62,744 nucleotides of DNA from a virus (IMGVR_UViG_3300008259_000034:1-62744); one strand, 5' to 3'. Positions 38,938 through 49,547 are shown, numbered from the stretch's first letter. Notes: generated from the sequence alone by a model not told the origin. Numbers and translations are program-made.

Positions 38938-41900
38938 TTACGCCCCACTAGATGTAAAATATGCTAAAACTAACATATCGCCATCTATACCGCCTGTCAA
39001 GTTGACCTTATTTCTAAAAATTAAAGCCGATCCGTCTGTTGTTGTAAGTCTATCTGGTGATCCTACCTGAACTACTCCAGCAGTTAATCCTCCAGTAATT
39101 GCATCTGCACCACCGCCCGATACCCTACGTTGAATGTAGGCTTTGATTGCTTTTTGTGTCGGTACAACATTGTTCGAATCAGATGTAAATGTTACATCTG
39201 TTGAAAACTCACGAACAACAACACCCGTTCCGCCTACAACAATTCCGCCTAATCGCAATTCTTCTAAACCTTGCAGTTCAAAGAATTGAGCATTTAATGT
39301 AACAATACCAGTTGACTGCTCAACAGCAAATAATTCACCCACTCTAAAGTTACCGTCTTGATCAGTGGTTGTGTAGAATACACGACCACCGTTGGCTTCT
39401 TGAACTTCGTTTTCAGGAGAAACCACAGTTCCGTTTGGAAATAGTGTGTTAGGATAATTTGTTTGGATAAAGTTACCTAGCCCAACATCTAAGAAATCGT
39501 GTCCTGTTAATCGACATTGACTGTAAAATTGCCTAATCGACACTGGAATTCCATGTTCTGGGGATTCTTCAATGTTTAAATCTTTACCAATATTCAATCT
39601 TGCTGTGTAGTTGCCTAGTGACCCACCTAAAATTAAACAATTTAATAATTTGTAAGTGTAATCATTAATGCCGCCAATCGAAACGTTATCTCCAGGTCCT
39701 GGAATACGAGTCAATCCGCTAACAACTAAAAATGATCCAATTTGATACTGATCTTTATAACCATTACCTGTAATAGTAATTGTTGTACTAGTCTGTGCAT
39801 ATCCGGTCCCGCCATTTTCAATAGTAGGCACACCTAGAACTCCGTTTCCTCTTCTAACTTCTAGTGAAACATCGTTAACATTGTTTGGATCTGTAAGTGT
39901 AATTGCTGGAGTGCTAGTGTATCCACTACCTGTATCCCACAACCTAACTTGAGATATTTTATTACCTACAACATAGACACGAGCCTGTGCAGTTACTCCA
40001 GTTGTTATCAATATAGTAGCTGTGCTGTTTCCAGTGCCGCCAGCCACGATAAGAAATTTACCTGGCTTGTTAATATTTGCAAAAGTCACTGCCGACCAAG
40101 TACCTGAACTTGGTATAGATTGTGTGGTCCATGAAATACCATCTTGTGACGTAATAACAGTATTAGTACCGGTAGCAACAGCCATAAACAATCCTTGACC
40201 ATAAGTGAGGTCTTGCCAGTTTGCTGTTGGAATTATTACCGCACTGCTCCACGTTACTCCGTCAACACTGGTGTAGGAAGTGTTAGCCCCAATGTATCCA
40301 CCGGAAATGGCAACAAATCTGTTGTTCCCGTATGCTAGTGCTATGATTCCACTTGGAACCGAACCGATAGTCCAAGATCCAGATAGTCCTGTAGTGCTGT
40401 ACAATAAGTTTGTTATAGTTGAATCACTTTGTGCAGCAACTACAAATTTACCTTTACCGTACTCTATAGAATTCCATTCTGCGCCCTCGGGGAGTGTTTG
40501 TGCTGTCCAAGTAATTCCGTCTGTTGAGGTTGCTGCTGAGGTGCCGCCGTTGGCAATAGCAACATATTTGCCATTTCCATAGGTAACATCGCGCCAGTCT
40601 ACATTGGTGCTTGGCATTGTTATTGCTGACCATGATAATCCGTTCACAGATCTAGCTGCTTTTCCTAATTCAGCAAATGCAATAAATTGTCCATTGACAT
40701 ATCTAACTCTAGACCATAATCCAGTATAAGGCAAACTAGCAGTTAACCATGTTTGCGCATCTGTTGAGTACGCAGCGGTATTTAATGCCAACCCTACTGC
40801 TACATAAACACTATCGCTTGATGCAACACTTAACCACTGGCTTTCGGTTGGTAGTACACCACCGGTAGCCGCTGAAAATCCAGGGCTGCTAAAAGTTACT
40901 CTTGGTTCAATGCTGTAATTAGAACTTTTATCTAGCACTGATAAAATAGTAGTTCCTGGAACAATATGTTCCCATCCAACAAAGTGCAAAGTCATTGTTC
41001 CTGTTCCTAACGAACTACTATAAGTAGCGCCGCCTGAGCTAAGACTCAATGTAATTCTCTTTGTACCTGTGTCAATGGTCTTGATGTAATAGGTAGTGAA
41101 ATCTTGTATGTTACCAAATTTGGTCCCAGTAAAAATCACTCTGTCGTTAATTGCTAATCCACTAACTGATGTAAGTGTGTACAAACTACCAGCCAGACCA
41201 GTAGTACTTGATACTACAGTCAACGAAGCTTTTGATTCTTTTCCGATATAAGCAACTTTGCCCACATCGTCGTATTCAGCAATATAACCATATTGTCCTG
41301 TGCCTGTTCCGCTGGTAATTAATAATCGTAATGTGCGATATTCTGCAGCAGTATTATCATTTGATCCGGCCAGCGTGATTGAAATAGTATCGCCGCCTTG
41401 TGAAGTATTTGTATTGAACATATAGCTTGAACCACCAGCTATTGTTGAATCCATTGCTGTTACAATTCTAACTTCATATACAGCGCCGTCACGGAAATCA
41501 TCACCAATGATAACAGCATCGTTGCCGGCGCCTACCAAATTGTAAGTAGCGTTGGTGTAATTTACACCAGCATCACTATAAAATACTTTTAAAATGTCTC
41601 CGTTGGCGCCAATTAATGTTTGTGCAACATCTGCTTGATAATAACGATTATTAACAGTTGCAGTAATTGGATTTTCTGTTGTGCTGAATCCTTCAGAAAC
41701 AGCGCCAAATGTTCCATATGAACTATTCCCGTTTGTTCCACGAATCTTTCCGCCAGCAGTGCATAGATAGCTGATGTAGTTGTAATAAGTGAAAACTGAC
41801 ACAGCTTCAGTTCGTCCAGCGCCATTACACCACACACCAATTCCGTCTGATAACACCTGCGTAAAGTCGTTAGAAACAATAGTTTGATTGCCACCGCCAT

Positions 41901-44496
41901 GTATGTCGCCATCGACTTTAAGGCCAATACACCCTGTACCGAATGTGGTAACGTTTTGAATATACGGTGATTTAGATCCTACCCATACTGTTGAGTCACT
42001 TGGACCCCAACCTGGATCTAAACTGGCATATGCACCTGCAGAAGGGCGACGTGTTAGATAGATACTTAGCTCTCCCAGTGTTCCTTCTAACCCAACCAAT
42101 GTCATGTTACGTAATCCTGTACCATCACGTAACAAAAACATATTTTCAGTTTTATTATTACCGTAGTCGAACGCATTAACAAAGAAGGTCGATGCCTCAG
42201 CAGTTTTGTAATTGCCAACATATCCAATGTCATAGGTAATGCCATTAATAATTCGATCTAGGTCATCACTCCATCTTTCGGGAAGCGACACTGCGGTGGA
42301 ATCAATAAACACACTTTCAATATACAAAGTAACTTCGTTCTTGATAAAGGCTTTGTTGTTTATCATCGTGTTGTATGCTTTCACACGATTAGCGGTTGCT
42401 GTTAGTGAGTTTGATCCGGAAATGGATATCGATGAAAAAGTTTCTAGTCTATTAACTATTTGTGAAATTAAACTAGTAATGATTAATGATTCATCTGTTG
42501 TTGCAGCTCCCGCTGAAAAGTCTTGAGGAATTTCTCCGTACAACAATGTTGTTGGAGCGACTGGATCATCTGCTCCGATTGGTATATTTCTTACAACAAA
42601 TTCTGATATATTACCAATATATTCTATAGCAGCAATAATTTGATCATAATAAGTTTGATCAATTATTCCATTTGCTGGCTTTATCACTGTTGATCGTAGT
42701 TCGTCGCCTTGAACAGCAACAAATGCTGGAACACGCAATGGCAACACTTCTTCAAATACTCCGGTTCTAACATTGACAGTTGCATATCCGGTAACATTTT
42801 CTAAAGCGTATCGTAAAGTGCGCCATGGAGCATTTGGAGATGTTCCAGCCAATGGATCATCTTTTCCTGTCATTGCAACATAGTACACTTTTGGGGTTTC
42901 GAACATCGGACGCCAAGTAACTAATCCGTTAGTCGCTTGTGCAACGTGTCCCGGTGTGCCAATTTCTATAGTTGTATATCCTACAGTACTACCATCTTGT
43001 GTTGGACCAAATGTACGCAAGTCTCCGCGTTTCTTTAATCGATTTATTTTGTTACCATTGGTAACTTTTAACCAATATCTTCCTACAATAGTACTACCGT
43101 CTTCGTAGTAATCGTCATCAGGTCTGTTACCTTGATCAGATAAATGCTTGTCTTGACAAATGTATGAACTTGATACCCAGACAACAGTTTCGCCTGATAC
43201 ATATGTACGTCCTGGGATCCATATGCCTGCCCACTTACTACCAGTAATGATCAAATCCCAATAAACTGAGTTTGTTGTTGTGTCGTCGTTAAAAAAATCT
43301 GGATCTTGATTTAAGTTGTCTAATATTGCTGTATATACATTACCCCCACGACGAACAACATCGCCTGGAAAATAAGGGTGATATTGATCCCACTCGCCTG
43401 TTACTCGAACAGCGTCAAATAATTTTGCCCATGCTGTGGTAACTGCAGGATTTTGATTTATATTTGTAAGCAACGACACATATAAATTTCCACCATATTT
43501 TACAATATCGCCTGTCTGATAAACAGTTGGTGGTATAATTACTGTAGTTCCATCTAATACCGCACCTTGCCATACTTGATCAAATTGTACACCTGGACAA
43601 TATATTTCCCAGTATGACAAATCAAAAGTTGTACCGGCTGTGTGAAATTGTCTACACTGATACAAGTATGAACCGTACTTAACAACATCGTTAATTTTGT
43701 ATGTTGCAATTCCGCCAGACCATACTCCAACATATTGAACACCGTTGTGCAACAATGCCCATTTAGAGGCATCGCCTTCACGCCCTATGGCAACATCAAC
43801 TGCAGAAACGTGTGGTGTAACACACTGATATACATTGCCGCCATCTTTAACAAGATCGTTTAATCGATACTTGGTGTCTAACGCCCAGCTCCCTCTCCAT
43901 GCATCAACAATTGATATTGTAACCCAATCAGATAAACTGGCTTCTAGTCCGTCTTTAGGATCTCCAGCTGACGTGTGCGCTGAAATACATTTAAATATTC
44001 TACCACCGTAACGAACAACGTCATTGATTTTGTAGTAGGTAGTAACTGTCCAATCTTTCATCCATGATTGGCTGGAAAAATATTGAGCCCATAATTGTAC
44101 TGGGTCATTGCTTGTATCTACACCAGTTACCGAAAATGCCTGCTCGCCTGAAGAGTTACCAGTAGTTGCTGCTGGAGATGTATGTGCAAAAGTACAGATG
44201 TAAAGGGCGCCGCCTCTCTTGATTATATCGCCAACGCGATAATATGTACTTGCAATCCAATCACCTAGCCACGAATTACCGCTGGCAATTAGTTCCCATT
44301 TAGGAACCAATAACGGTGGTACGTCATTGTTGTAATAATTTAAGTCGCCATAAAAGTCGTTTGACGCAGCATGACTTTCTAAACAAACGTATGATTGTCC
44401 GCCGAAGCTAACAATATCATCTGGATTATATCTGGCGTAAGAGCTCCATGCTCCTAGCCATGTAAATTTTAATCTACTTAATTTAAATTCTGCCAT
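38938..44496 (-). CDS. Giant modular fibre/baseplate protein (1852 aa), paralog of 30586-38880
   Basis: MAEFKLSRLKFTW vs MAEFKLGRIRFVW; shared GDELRS, SNDFTQVLSDGIG, RLTGHDFL, EFSTD motifs. Confidence 0.85.
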   Translation of the reverse strand: MAEFKLSRLKFTWLGAWSSYARYNPDDIVSFGGQSYVCLESHAASNDFYGDLNYYNNDVPPLLVPKWELIASGNSWLGDWIASTYYRVGDIIKRGGALYICTFAHTSPAATTGNSSGEQAFSVTGVDTSNDPVQLWAQYFSSQSWMKDWTVTTYYKINDVVRYGGRIFKCISAHTSAGDPKDGLEASLSDWVTISIVDAWRGSWALDTKYRLNDLVKDGGNVYQCVTPHVSAVDVAIGREGDASKWALLHNGVQYVGVWSGGIATYKINDVVKYGSYLYQCRQFHTAGTTFDLSYWEIYCPGVQFDQVWQGAVLDGTTVIIPPTVYQTGDIVKYGGNLYVSLLTNINQNPAVTTAWAKLFDAVRVTGEWDQYHPYFPGDVVRRGGNVYTAILDNLNQDPDFFNDDTTTNSVYWDLIITGSKWAGIWIPGRTYVSGETVVWVSSSYICQDKHLSDQGNRPDDDYYEDGSTIVGRYWLKVTNGNKINRLKKRGDLRTFGPTQDGSTVGYTTIEIGTPGHVAQATNGLVTWRPMFETPKVYYVAMTGKDDPLAGTSPNAPWRTLRYALENVTGYATVNVRTGVFEEVLPLRVPAFVAVQGDELRSTVIKPANGIIDQTYYDQIIAAIEYIGNISEFVVRNIPIGADDPVAPTTLLYGEIPQDFSAGAATTDESLIITSLISQIVNRLETFSSISISGSNSLTATANRVKAYNTMINNKAFIKNEVTLYIESVFIDSTAVSLPERWSDDLDRIINGITYDIGYVGNYKTAEASTFFVNAFDYGNNKTENMFLLRDGTGLRNMTLVGLEGTLGELSIYLTRRPSAGAYASLDPGWGPSDSTVWVGSKSPYIQNVTTFGTGCIGLKVDGDIHGGGNQTIVSNDFTQVLSDGIGVWCNGAGRTEAVSVFTYYNYISYLCTAGGKIRGTNGNSSYGTFGAVSEGFSTTENPITATVNNRYYQADVAQTLIGANGDILKVFYSDAGVNYTNATYNLVGAGNDAVIIGDDFRDGAVYEVRIVTAMDSTIAGGSSYMFNTNTSQGGDTISITLAGSNDNTAAEYRTLRLLITSGTGTGQYGYIAEYDDVGKVAYIGKESKASLTVVSSTTGLAGSLYTLTSVSGLAINDRVIFTGTKFGNIQDFTTYYIKTIDTGTKRITLSLSSGGATYSSSLGTGTMTLHFVGWEHIVPGTTILSVLDKSSNYSIEPRVTFSSPGFSAATGGVLPTESQWLSVASSDSVYVAVGLALNTAAYSTDAQTWLTASLPYTGLWSRVRYVNGQFIAFAELGKAARSVNGLSWSAITMPSTNVDWRDVTYGNGKYVAIANGGTSAATSTDGITWTAQTLPEGAEWNSIEYGKGKFVVAAQSDSTITNLLYSTTGLSGSWTIGSVPSGIIALAYGNNRFVAISGGYIGANTSYTSVDGVTWSSAVIIPTANWQDLTYGQGLFMAVATGTNTVITSQDGISWTTQSIPSSGTWSAVTFANINKPGKFLIVAGGTGNSTATILITTGVTAQARVYVVGNKISQVRLWDTGSGYTSTPAITLTDPNNVNDVSLEVRRGNGVLGVPTIENGGTGYAQTSTTITITGNGYKDQYQIGSFLVVSGLTRIPGPGDNVSIGGINDYTYKLLNCLILGGSLGNYTARLNIGKDLNIEESPEHGIPVSIRQFYSQCRLTGHDFLDVGLGNFIQTNYPNTLFPNGTVVSPENEVQEANGGRVFYTTTDQDGNFRVGELFAVEQSTGIVTLNAQFFELQGLEELRLGGIVVGGTGVVVREFSTDVTFTSDSNNVVPTQKAIKAYIQRRVSGGGADAITGGLTAGVVQVGSPDRLTTTDGSALIFRNKVNLTGGIDGDMLVLAYFTSSGA

Positions 44497-44504
44497 TTTT
44501 AATC

Positions 44505-44876
44505 TTAATCCTCTGACATGCCGGTTGGATAAGCATAGCCGTTATTTACTCGGGCAACAAGTTCGCCATCGTCGTTAACATAATAAAAAATAGATCTATC
44601 GTCCCAACGATATTGCGGGTATCTCAAGTTTGGATAGACTGGATTGTGATTTACGTCAACACCTTCAGTAAAGTCTACTGCAACTTCAAAATCATTAAAG
44701 TTGTCGTCCTCTAATCCTAAGTTATTGATTTGAACTGTTTCTTTATCTTTTGACTGATCACTACGAATCATAAAAAGACTACCGTTTTCATTTTTTCTAA
44801 GACCGTAGAAATACCTAGGACTATCGCCTAATCGCTTATCCGGATCTTCACCAAAGTAATAGCTGCCTGCTGCCAT
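44505..44876 (-). CDS. Hypothetical virion-associated protein
   Basis: 123 aa with SD in structural operon. Confidence 0.7.
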   Translation of the reverse strand: MAAGSYYFGEDPDKRLGDSPRYFYGLRKNENGSLFMIRSDQSKDKETVQINNLGLEDDNFNDFEVAVDFTEGVDVNHNPVYPNLRYPQYRWDDRSIFYYVNDDGELVARVNNGYAYPTGMSED

Positions 44877-44886
44877 GATTTACTCC

Positions 44887-45222
44887 TTATGATATTTCAA
44901 CGTAACTTAATACTACATCTAAACTGTCTGCTGTATTGCTGACAATTTTGATGCCTGTGTTCTGTGTTAGAATTAATTTTTCACCGTTGGTAATTAACTT
45001 TACTGCTGTACTAGGCGGAATAACTAATCCTTTAATATATGATGCTGCTGTACTGGTTTCTGCTTCTGTAATATACACATCAATAACGATAGTGTCATAT
45101 TCTGTGACATTAGCTAAATTGCAACCAATAACTGTTGCTCTAAATCCAATAGGCACTGTATATACTTCTGTAGGAACTGTTCCTATTTGTGTTTCAAGTG
45201 CGTGTTTAAATACGGTTGGCAT
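44887..45222 (-). CDS. Small beta-sandwich virion adaptor-like protein
   Basis: 111 aa; VYTVPIG...NLAN...LVIPP...KLIL...SYVEI. Confidence 0.65.
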   Translation of the reverse strand: MPTVFKHALETQIGTVPTEVYTVPIGFRATVIGCNLANVTEYDTIVIDVYITEAETSTAASYIKGLVIPPSTAVKLITNGEKLILTQNTGIKIVSNTADSLDVVLSYVEIS

Positions 45223-45226
45223 AATC

Positions 45227-46279
45227 TTATCCTAACATTAATGCGAATGCTACTGAAATATCGTTAGCGGAACCTTCTGATACCGCTCCTGATGTACCTG
45301 ACGGACTAGCCCATGTTGTGCCGTCCCAAATTTCAATGGCTTTTGAATCTGTATTGTATCTTGTCATTCCCTCAACAGCATATAGTGTTGGTCTGTCACC
45401 TGATCCGCCACGTGGCAATACAAAACCATTTGTGCCATTAATTTTAAGATATCCGTTGCCTGTATGAGTAATTACAGAAACTGCGTTATTTGCAGTATTT
45501 GTAATAGTGTTTCCTCTAATAGCAAAATTTCCAATAGAAATTCTACCTGTGCCGCTGGCGCTAAGAATTAAATCTTGATTAGTTACAGTACTAATTCTAT
45601 TACCGGTAATAGAAATATCACCAATTTGAAAAGAATTTAAAGTTAAACTGTCAGTGGTTAAATTATTAGCATAGACACTACGCCATTTGAAAGTTGTAGA
45701 ACCGAGGTCGTACAAATTAGACGCTTCGGGAATTAAACTGCTGTTGAGGCTAGCATTGATTGTTATAGTATCAGTAAGTGCGTCACCGATAATAAGATTT
45801 CCGCCAATTGTAATGTTGCCGCCTGCATTGATATTTCCAGTAACTGTGAGATTGCCGGTAATTCTAGAACTGCTTTGAATATCAATGATTCCAGTACCGT
45901 TTGCTTTAAGTTCTAAATTAGCGTTCGATACTGTGGTAGAAATTGTGTTGGCTCTGATGTCGATGTCGTCGACTGTTAATCGAGAATGATATGCTGTTGT
46001 TTCACCGCCTGATGCAACAAAACTGATTGTAGGCAATGTGCTAGAAATGGTGTTGCCGGTAACTGTAAAGTTGCCAACATTTAATTGATTTGTAACTTGT
46101 AAATTTGTAGTACGTGCAGTACCAACTATGTCTAAGGCGTGTTGCGGCGAAGTGGTATTAACACCAACTCGGCTGTTTACAACATCAAGATATAAAAGGT
46201 CGGTCTCAAAGGCTAGATTCACACCGTCTCGGATGAGATTCTGCTTTAAGAGCGGACCGCTAATACGACCAATAGCCAT
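45227..46279 (-). CDS. Virion structural / fibre shaft protein
   Basis: GRISGPLLKQNL, I.GN.IS repeats, LPRG...RP...G..RYNTD; C-terminus VAFALMLG. Confidence 0.7.
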   Translation of the reverse strand: MAIGRISGPLLKQNLIRDGVNLAFETDLLYLDVVNSRVGVNTTSPQHALDIVGTARTTNLQVTNQLNVGNFTVTGNTISSTLPTISFVASGGETTAYHSRLTVDDIDIRANTISTTVSNANLELKANGTGIIDIQSSSRITGNLTVTGNINAGGNITIGGNLIIGDALTDTITINASLNSSLIPEASNLYDLGSTTFKWRSVYANNLTTDSLTLNSFQIGDISITGNRISTVTNQDLILSASGTGRISIGNFAIRGNTITNTANNAVSVITHTGNGYLKINGTNGFVLPRGGSGDRPTLYAVEGMTRYNTDSKAIEIWDGTTWASPSGTSGAVSEGSANDISVAFALMLG

Positions 46280-46385
46280 GTGCTCTCCTTAGACACCGTG
46301 TTACACGGATAACCACCTTACATAGCGGGTTTACCACTGTTGAATATCGTAAAAACTTGGTCAGTCTTTACAGTAATAGTATTTA
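46280..46385 (-). promoter_or_regulatory. Late promoter plus structured 5' leader
   Basis: TAAATA 46380-46385; hairpins at 46349-46371 and 46296-46308; SD AAGGAGAG. Confidence 0.55.
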
Positions 46386-46399
46386 TGTCTAATGGAAAT

Positions 46400-47575
46400 T
46401 TAGCCTAGTACGAGGGCATATAAATTACCAAACTCTTCCATGAGTCTTGGTGTTACAACAGCTCCGCCTCCTGATGCTACTTGATAAACATTACCATCAA
46501 AACACTCTAGGTAGCCTCGATCTGTGTTCCAACGGGTTTCACCTACTTCAGTAAATGATCGTTGTCTATCCGAACCCACAGGAATAACTATAGCATTGGT
46601 ATCATCAATTTCAAAATAACCAATACCCGTAGATTCTAAAATTGTAGGTGTTCCTGCTATATTAATAATTTCTGAATCTATAATATCAAAATCTTCTAAT
46701 GACAATTTACCTACACCGCCAGCATCAAAAATTATGTCAGTATTGTTAACTGAATTTGATATTCCGTTTCCAGAAATTAACACCTGGCCAATATACGCAT
46801 TGTTAACATTGATATTTGAAACACCTTGTAGTGATAAAAAATGTATGTCGCGCCAACGTTTATTCAATGCTCCTAGATCGTATGTTAAAGTAGCACCTGG
46901 AATTATCGACTGCGTAAAATCAGTTTGTACTGCGACTGTATCTAGTGGGCTGTCACCTATTACAAATTGTCCGTTGAATTGCACGTTACCGTTTGCTGTA
47001 ATATTTCCACTAAGTTCGGGCTCTGTTTCGCTAATTCTTACAATTTGTAAATTTCCAGTAACTGTTGTTGACGACCCGATGTCTACTATTCCAGTTCCGT
47101 GGGCAAACATTTCAACAGGTTGATTGGTTATATTTGCTCTAATATAGTTGTCATTAATTTCTAAATCGTCTGTTAAGACTTTTCCGTATTGTATATACGG
47201 GTCCAATCCTGCTGGGATAATGTTGATTGGGCCCACTTGGGTTGACACCGTGCCGTTGGTTCCAAATATAATATTAGAAATTTTAGCTGATGTTCCATTA
47301 ACATTCACACTGTCAGTGACTTTAGATGTACCTACGATTTCTAAAGAAAATGTCGGACTTTCTCTATTAATACCTAACCGCTTGTTGGTAACATCAAGAT
47401 ACAATAAATCAGGATCGTTACCACCATTCCTAAATGTTAGGTCAATACCATTGCGTTCTAGATTGTCAGCTAGAGCTTTACCGCTGATGCGTCCTAATGC
47501 TGCAAGATAATTTGGTTCTGTTCCTTGACTCGAACCGCCAAACCCAAAGTCATCATCTGATATAGTTCCTGACAT
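46400..47575 (-). CDS. Virion structural protein, paralog of 45227-46279
   Basis: GRISGKALADNLERNG, LLYLDV.N.R.GIN, IPVG...GETRWNTD; C-terminus LYALVLG. Confidence 0.7.
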   Translation of the reverse strand: MSGTISDDDFGFGGSSQGTEPNYLAALGRISGKALADNLERNGIDLTFRNGGNDPDLLYLDVTNKRLGINRESPTFSLEIVGTSKVTDSVNVNGTSAKISNIIFGTNGTVSTQVGPINIIPAGLDPYIQYGKVLTDDLEINDNYIRANITNQPVEMFAHGTGIVDIGSSTTVTGNLQIVRISETEPELSGNITANGNVQFNGQFVIGDSPLDTVAVQTDFTQSIIPGATLTYDLGALNKRWRDIHFLSLQGVSNINVNNAYIGQVLISGNGISNSVNNTDIIFDAGGVGKLSLEDFDIIDSEIINIAGTPTILESTGIGYFEIDDTNAIVIPVGSDRQRSFTEVGETRWNTDRGYLECFDGNVYQVASGGGAVVTPRLMEEFGNLYALVLG

Positions 47576-47581
47576 TTTTTA

Positions 47582-48991
47582 TTATCCTAGTTGTACAAAT
47601 TGTATTTTAGTGGCAGTCGAAGCAGGGCTTCCGTAGACTATTACTAGATTGTTGGTTTTCCATTCGTAAGTATCATTAGCACTAACTGTGATAATATCAC
47701 TGACACTGCCAATTGCTGCGCCGGTGGAATTTTTCTTAAACTGATTGTATCTATTGCCAGTTGTCCCGTTAATACCGCCCCAAGCATCGGGATCTGCACT
47801 AACATTATAGTTTACATTAACTTGGTATGTACCAGCTCGAGAAAATGTAAAAATTCCAGTATTTGCCATAGTACCAAAAGCTGCTCCTATTGATATTGTG
47901 GCAGTTGATGCAAATGCCACGGTGCCGGATCCGGTTATGTCTGCTGTTTTTTGGTATGCTCTAACCGGCATTCCGATTGTGATATCTGTAGATCCATTGA
48001 AACTAACACCATTAATATTTCTACCGGTTTGTAATGTTGTTGCAGTATCAGCATTTCCTGTAAACACACCTGCAAATGATGTTGCTGACAATACTCCGGT
48101 TGACGGATTGAATCGTAACGTAGAGGTTGTGTTAGGTTCCTGATTACCGCTAACTGCCGATGCAATTAACAAATAATAAGAAACATTATTGATAGTAGAA
48201 CTGGTTGATACAGCATCTGCAGCAAGACTAGATTGTGCTTTGCCAACAATTGTATTGGTGACTGTCAAATTAGTTAATGTACCAACACTTGTAAGACTGC
48301 TGGTAACTACAGTTGATTTTAATTCTGTGCCAGTTAGTGTTCCTGCTGCGGCTGTTATTGTAATATCGGCACTGCCATCAAACGCCACAGCGTTAATATT
48401 TCTAGCTGTAGATAGTCTAGATGATGTGCCGCCAGCATTGCCTGTTACGTTGCCGGTCACATTGCCGGTCACATTGCCGGTCACATTGCCTAAAAAAGTA
48501 CCAGCAGTTAATGTATTAGTTGAGGGATTAAATGTGAATCCTGTAGATACTCTTGTAGCTAAGTTTCCTGTTGTGTTGTTTACAAACAAGGGATAGTTAG
48601 TTGCATTGGCTGTGTCTGCTAGTACTGAGATAGTGTTTGCATATACTGCCGACGGAGCACTGCCTGGCCCGCCAAACAATGTAGTTGCGGCAGCTGCCGG
48701 GTATGTAGAAAATACATTTTTTGCTCCGGCTGGAAAATTAATTTTGGCTCCGCCATTAGATGAACTGTAAACGGTAGTGCGGGCCAAAGAATGTACAGAA
48801 CTTGATAATGTATATGTACCTAGTCCGGTTTCCCAATTGCCTCGATTGTCAACAATAGCGTAATAGGTAGTATTACCGGTACCTACAGATGCAAATGTTT
48901 GGAATCCTTCGACCGCAGGTCCCAAGGTTAATGTGCCAGTTCCGGCAGTTTGTGTTCTTACTTTGACTCTATCTACTAATACCAGGGCCAT
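47582..48991 (-). CDS. Tail fibre protein
   Basis: MALVLVDRVK N-domain; two L.T.RNIN.V.F.GS.DITI fibre repeats; GNVT repeats; SD GGAGA 6 nt before ATG 48991. Confidence 0.7.
   Translation of the reverse strand: MALVLVDRVKVRTQTAGTGTLTLGPAVEGFQTFASVGTGNTTYYAIVDNRGNWETGLGTYTLSSSVHSLARTTVYSSSNGGAKINFPAGAKNVFSTYPAAAATTLFGGPGSAPSAVYANTISVLADTANATNYPLFVNNTTGNLATRVSTGFTFNPSTNTLTAGTFLGNVTGNVTGNVTGNVTGNAGGTSSRLSTARNINAVAFDGSADITITAAAGTLTGTELKSTVVTSSLTSVGTLTNLTVTNTIVGKAQSSLAADAVSTSSTINNVSYYLLIASAVSGNQEPNTTSTLRFNPSTGVLSATSFAGVFTGNADTATTLQTGRNINGVSFNGSTDITIGMPVRAYQKTADITGSGTVAFASTATISIGAAFGTMANTGIFTFSRAGTYQVNVNYNVSADPDAWGGINGTTGNRYNQFKKNSTGAAIGSVSDIITVSANDTYEWKTNNLVIVYGSPASTATKIQFVQLG
48450..48490. repeat. 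12-bp tandem repeat, 3.4 copies (GNVT)
   Basis: TTGCCGGTCACA three times plus TTGCC. Confidence 0.9.
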
Positions 48992-49018
48992 CACGTATCT
49001 CCAATTCTTTGATACGTA

Positions 49019-49024
49019 TATTTA
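49019..49024 (-). promoter_or_regulatory. Late promoter core TAAATA
   Basis: Intergenic, upstream of fibre gene SD. Confidence 0.6.
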
Positions 49025-49037
49025 CCTGTTTTGGCTG

Positions 49038-49547
49038 TTAGTTAGTTATGCCGTAATAGATCCAAATAGGTTTGCCCATTGGCACAGGGCTGGCAAATTG
49101 AATCCACGCCTGTCCTGGGTATGTGCTGGTATCAATATTATAGTTTTCGCCACCATGTTGAAATACGTTTTCTACGTAGACTATGATGTTTTTGGCATCT
49201 GCAGGAATTGAATCGAGCGGTCCAAACGATGATTCTAACCCGTCTGCTGTTTCAATTTTTTGTCTAGTAACTGTTTCAGTTGCTGCTTCTCTAACAATTT
49301 CCCAAGAACTATAAACACCGTCTCCCACGTAGGCTTCAATGGCATTTAAATCTGTGTTATAACGAATATAACCGTATGCTCCACCAAGAACCCTTACGCC
49401 TGTAAGGTCCGGACGTTGGGCTGTTGTTCCTTTCGGTAGTCGCAGCGCACCTTTGCCACTCATTACTGCACGACCTGCAGAATTACTAAACAGAGTTTGA
49501 TCTGTTGGACTATATTTAGAAAGAGCTTTTGATTTAAGGAACCTCAT
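49038..49547 (-). CDS. Virion structural protein
   Basis: LRLPKGTTAQRP...GYIRYNTD motif; IIVYVENVFQ domain. Confidence 0.7.
   Translation of the reverse strand: MRFLKSKALSKYSPTDQTLFSNSAGRAVMSGKGALRLPKGTTAQRPDLTGVRVLGGAYGYIRYNTDLNAIEAYVGDGVYSSWEIVREAATETVTRQKIETADGLESSFGPLDSIPADAKNIIVYVENVFQHGGENYNIDTSTYPGQAWIQFASPVPMGKPIWIYYGITN

Noticed and set aside
46280-46400. tRNA gene in the long spacers (also 51514-51606)
   Set aside because: No cloverleaf or T-loop GTTC motif; treated as mRNA leaders.
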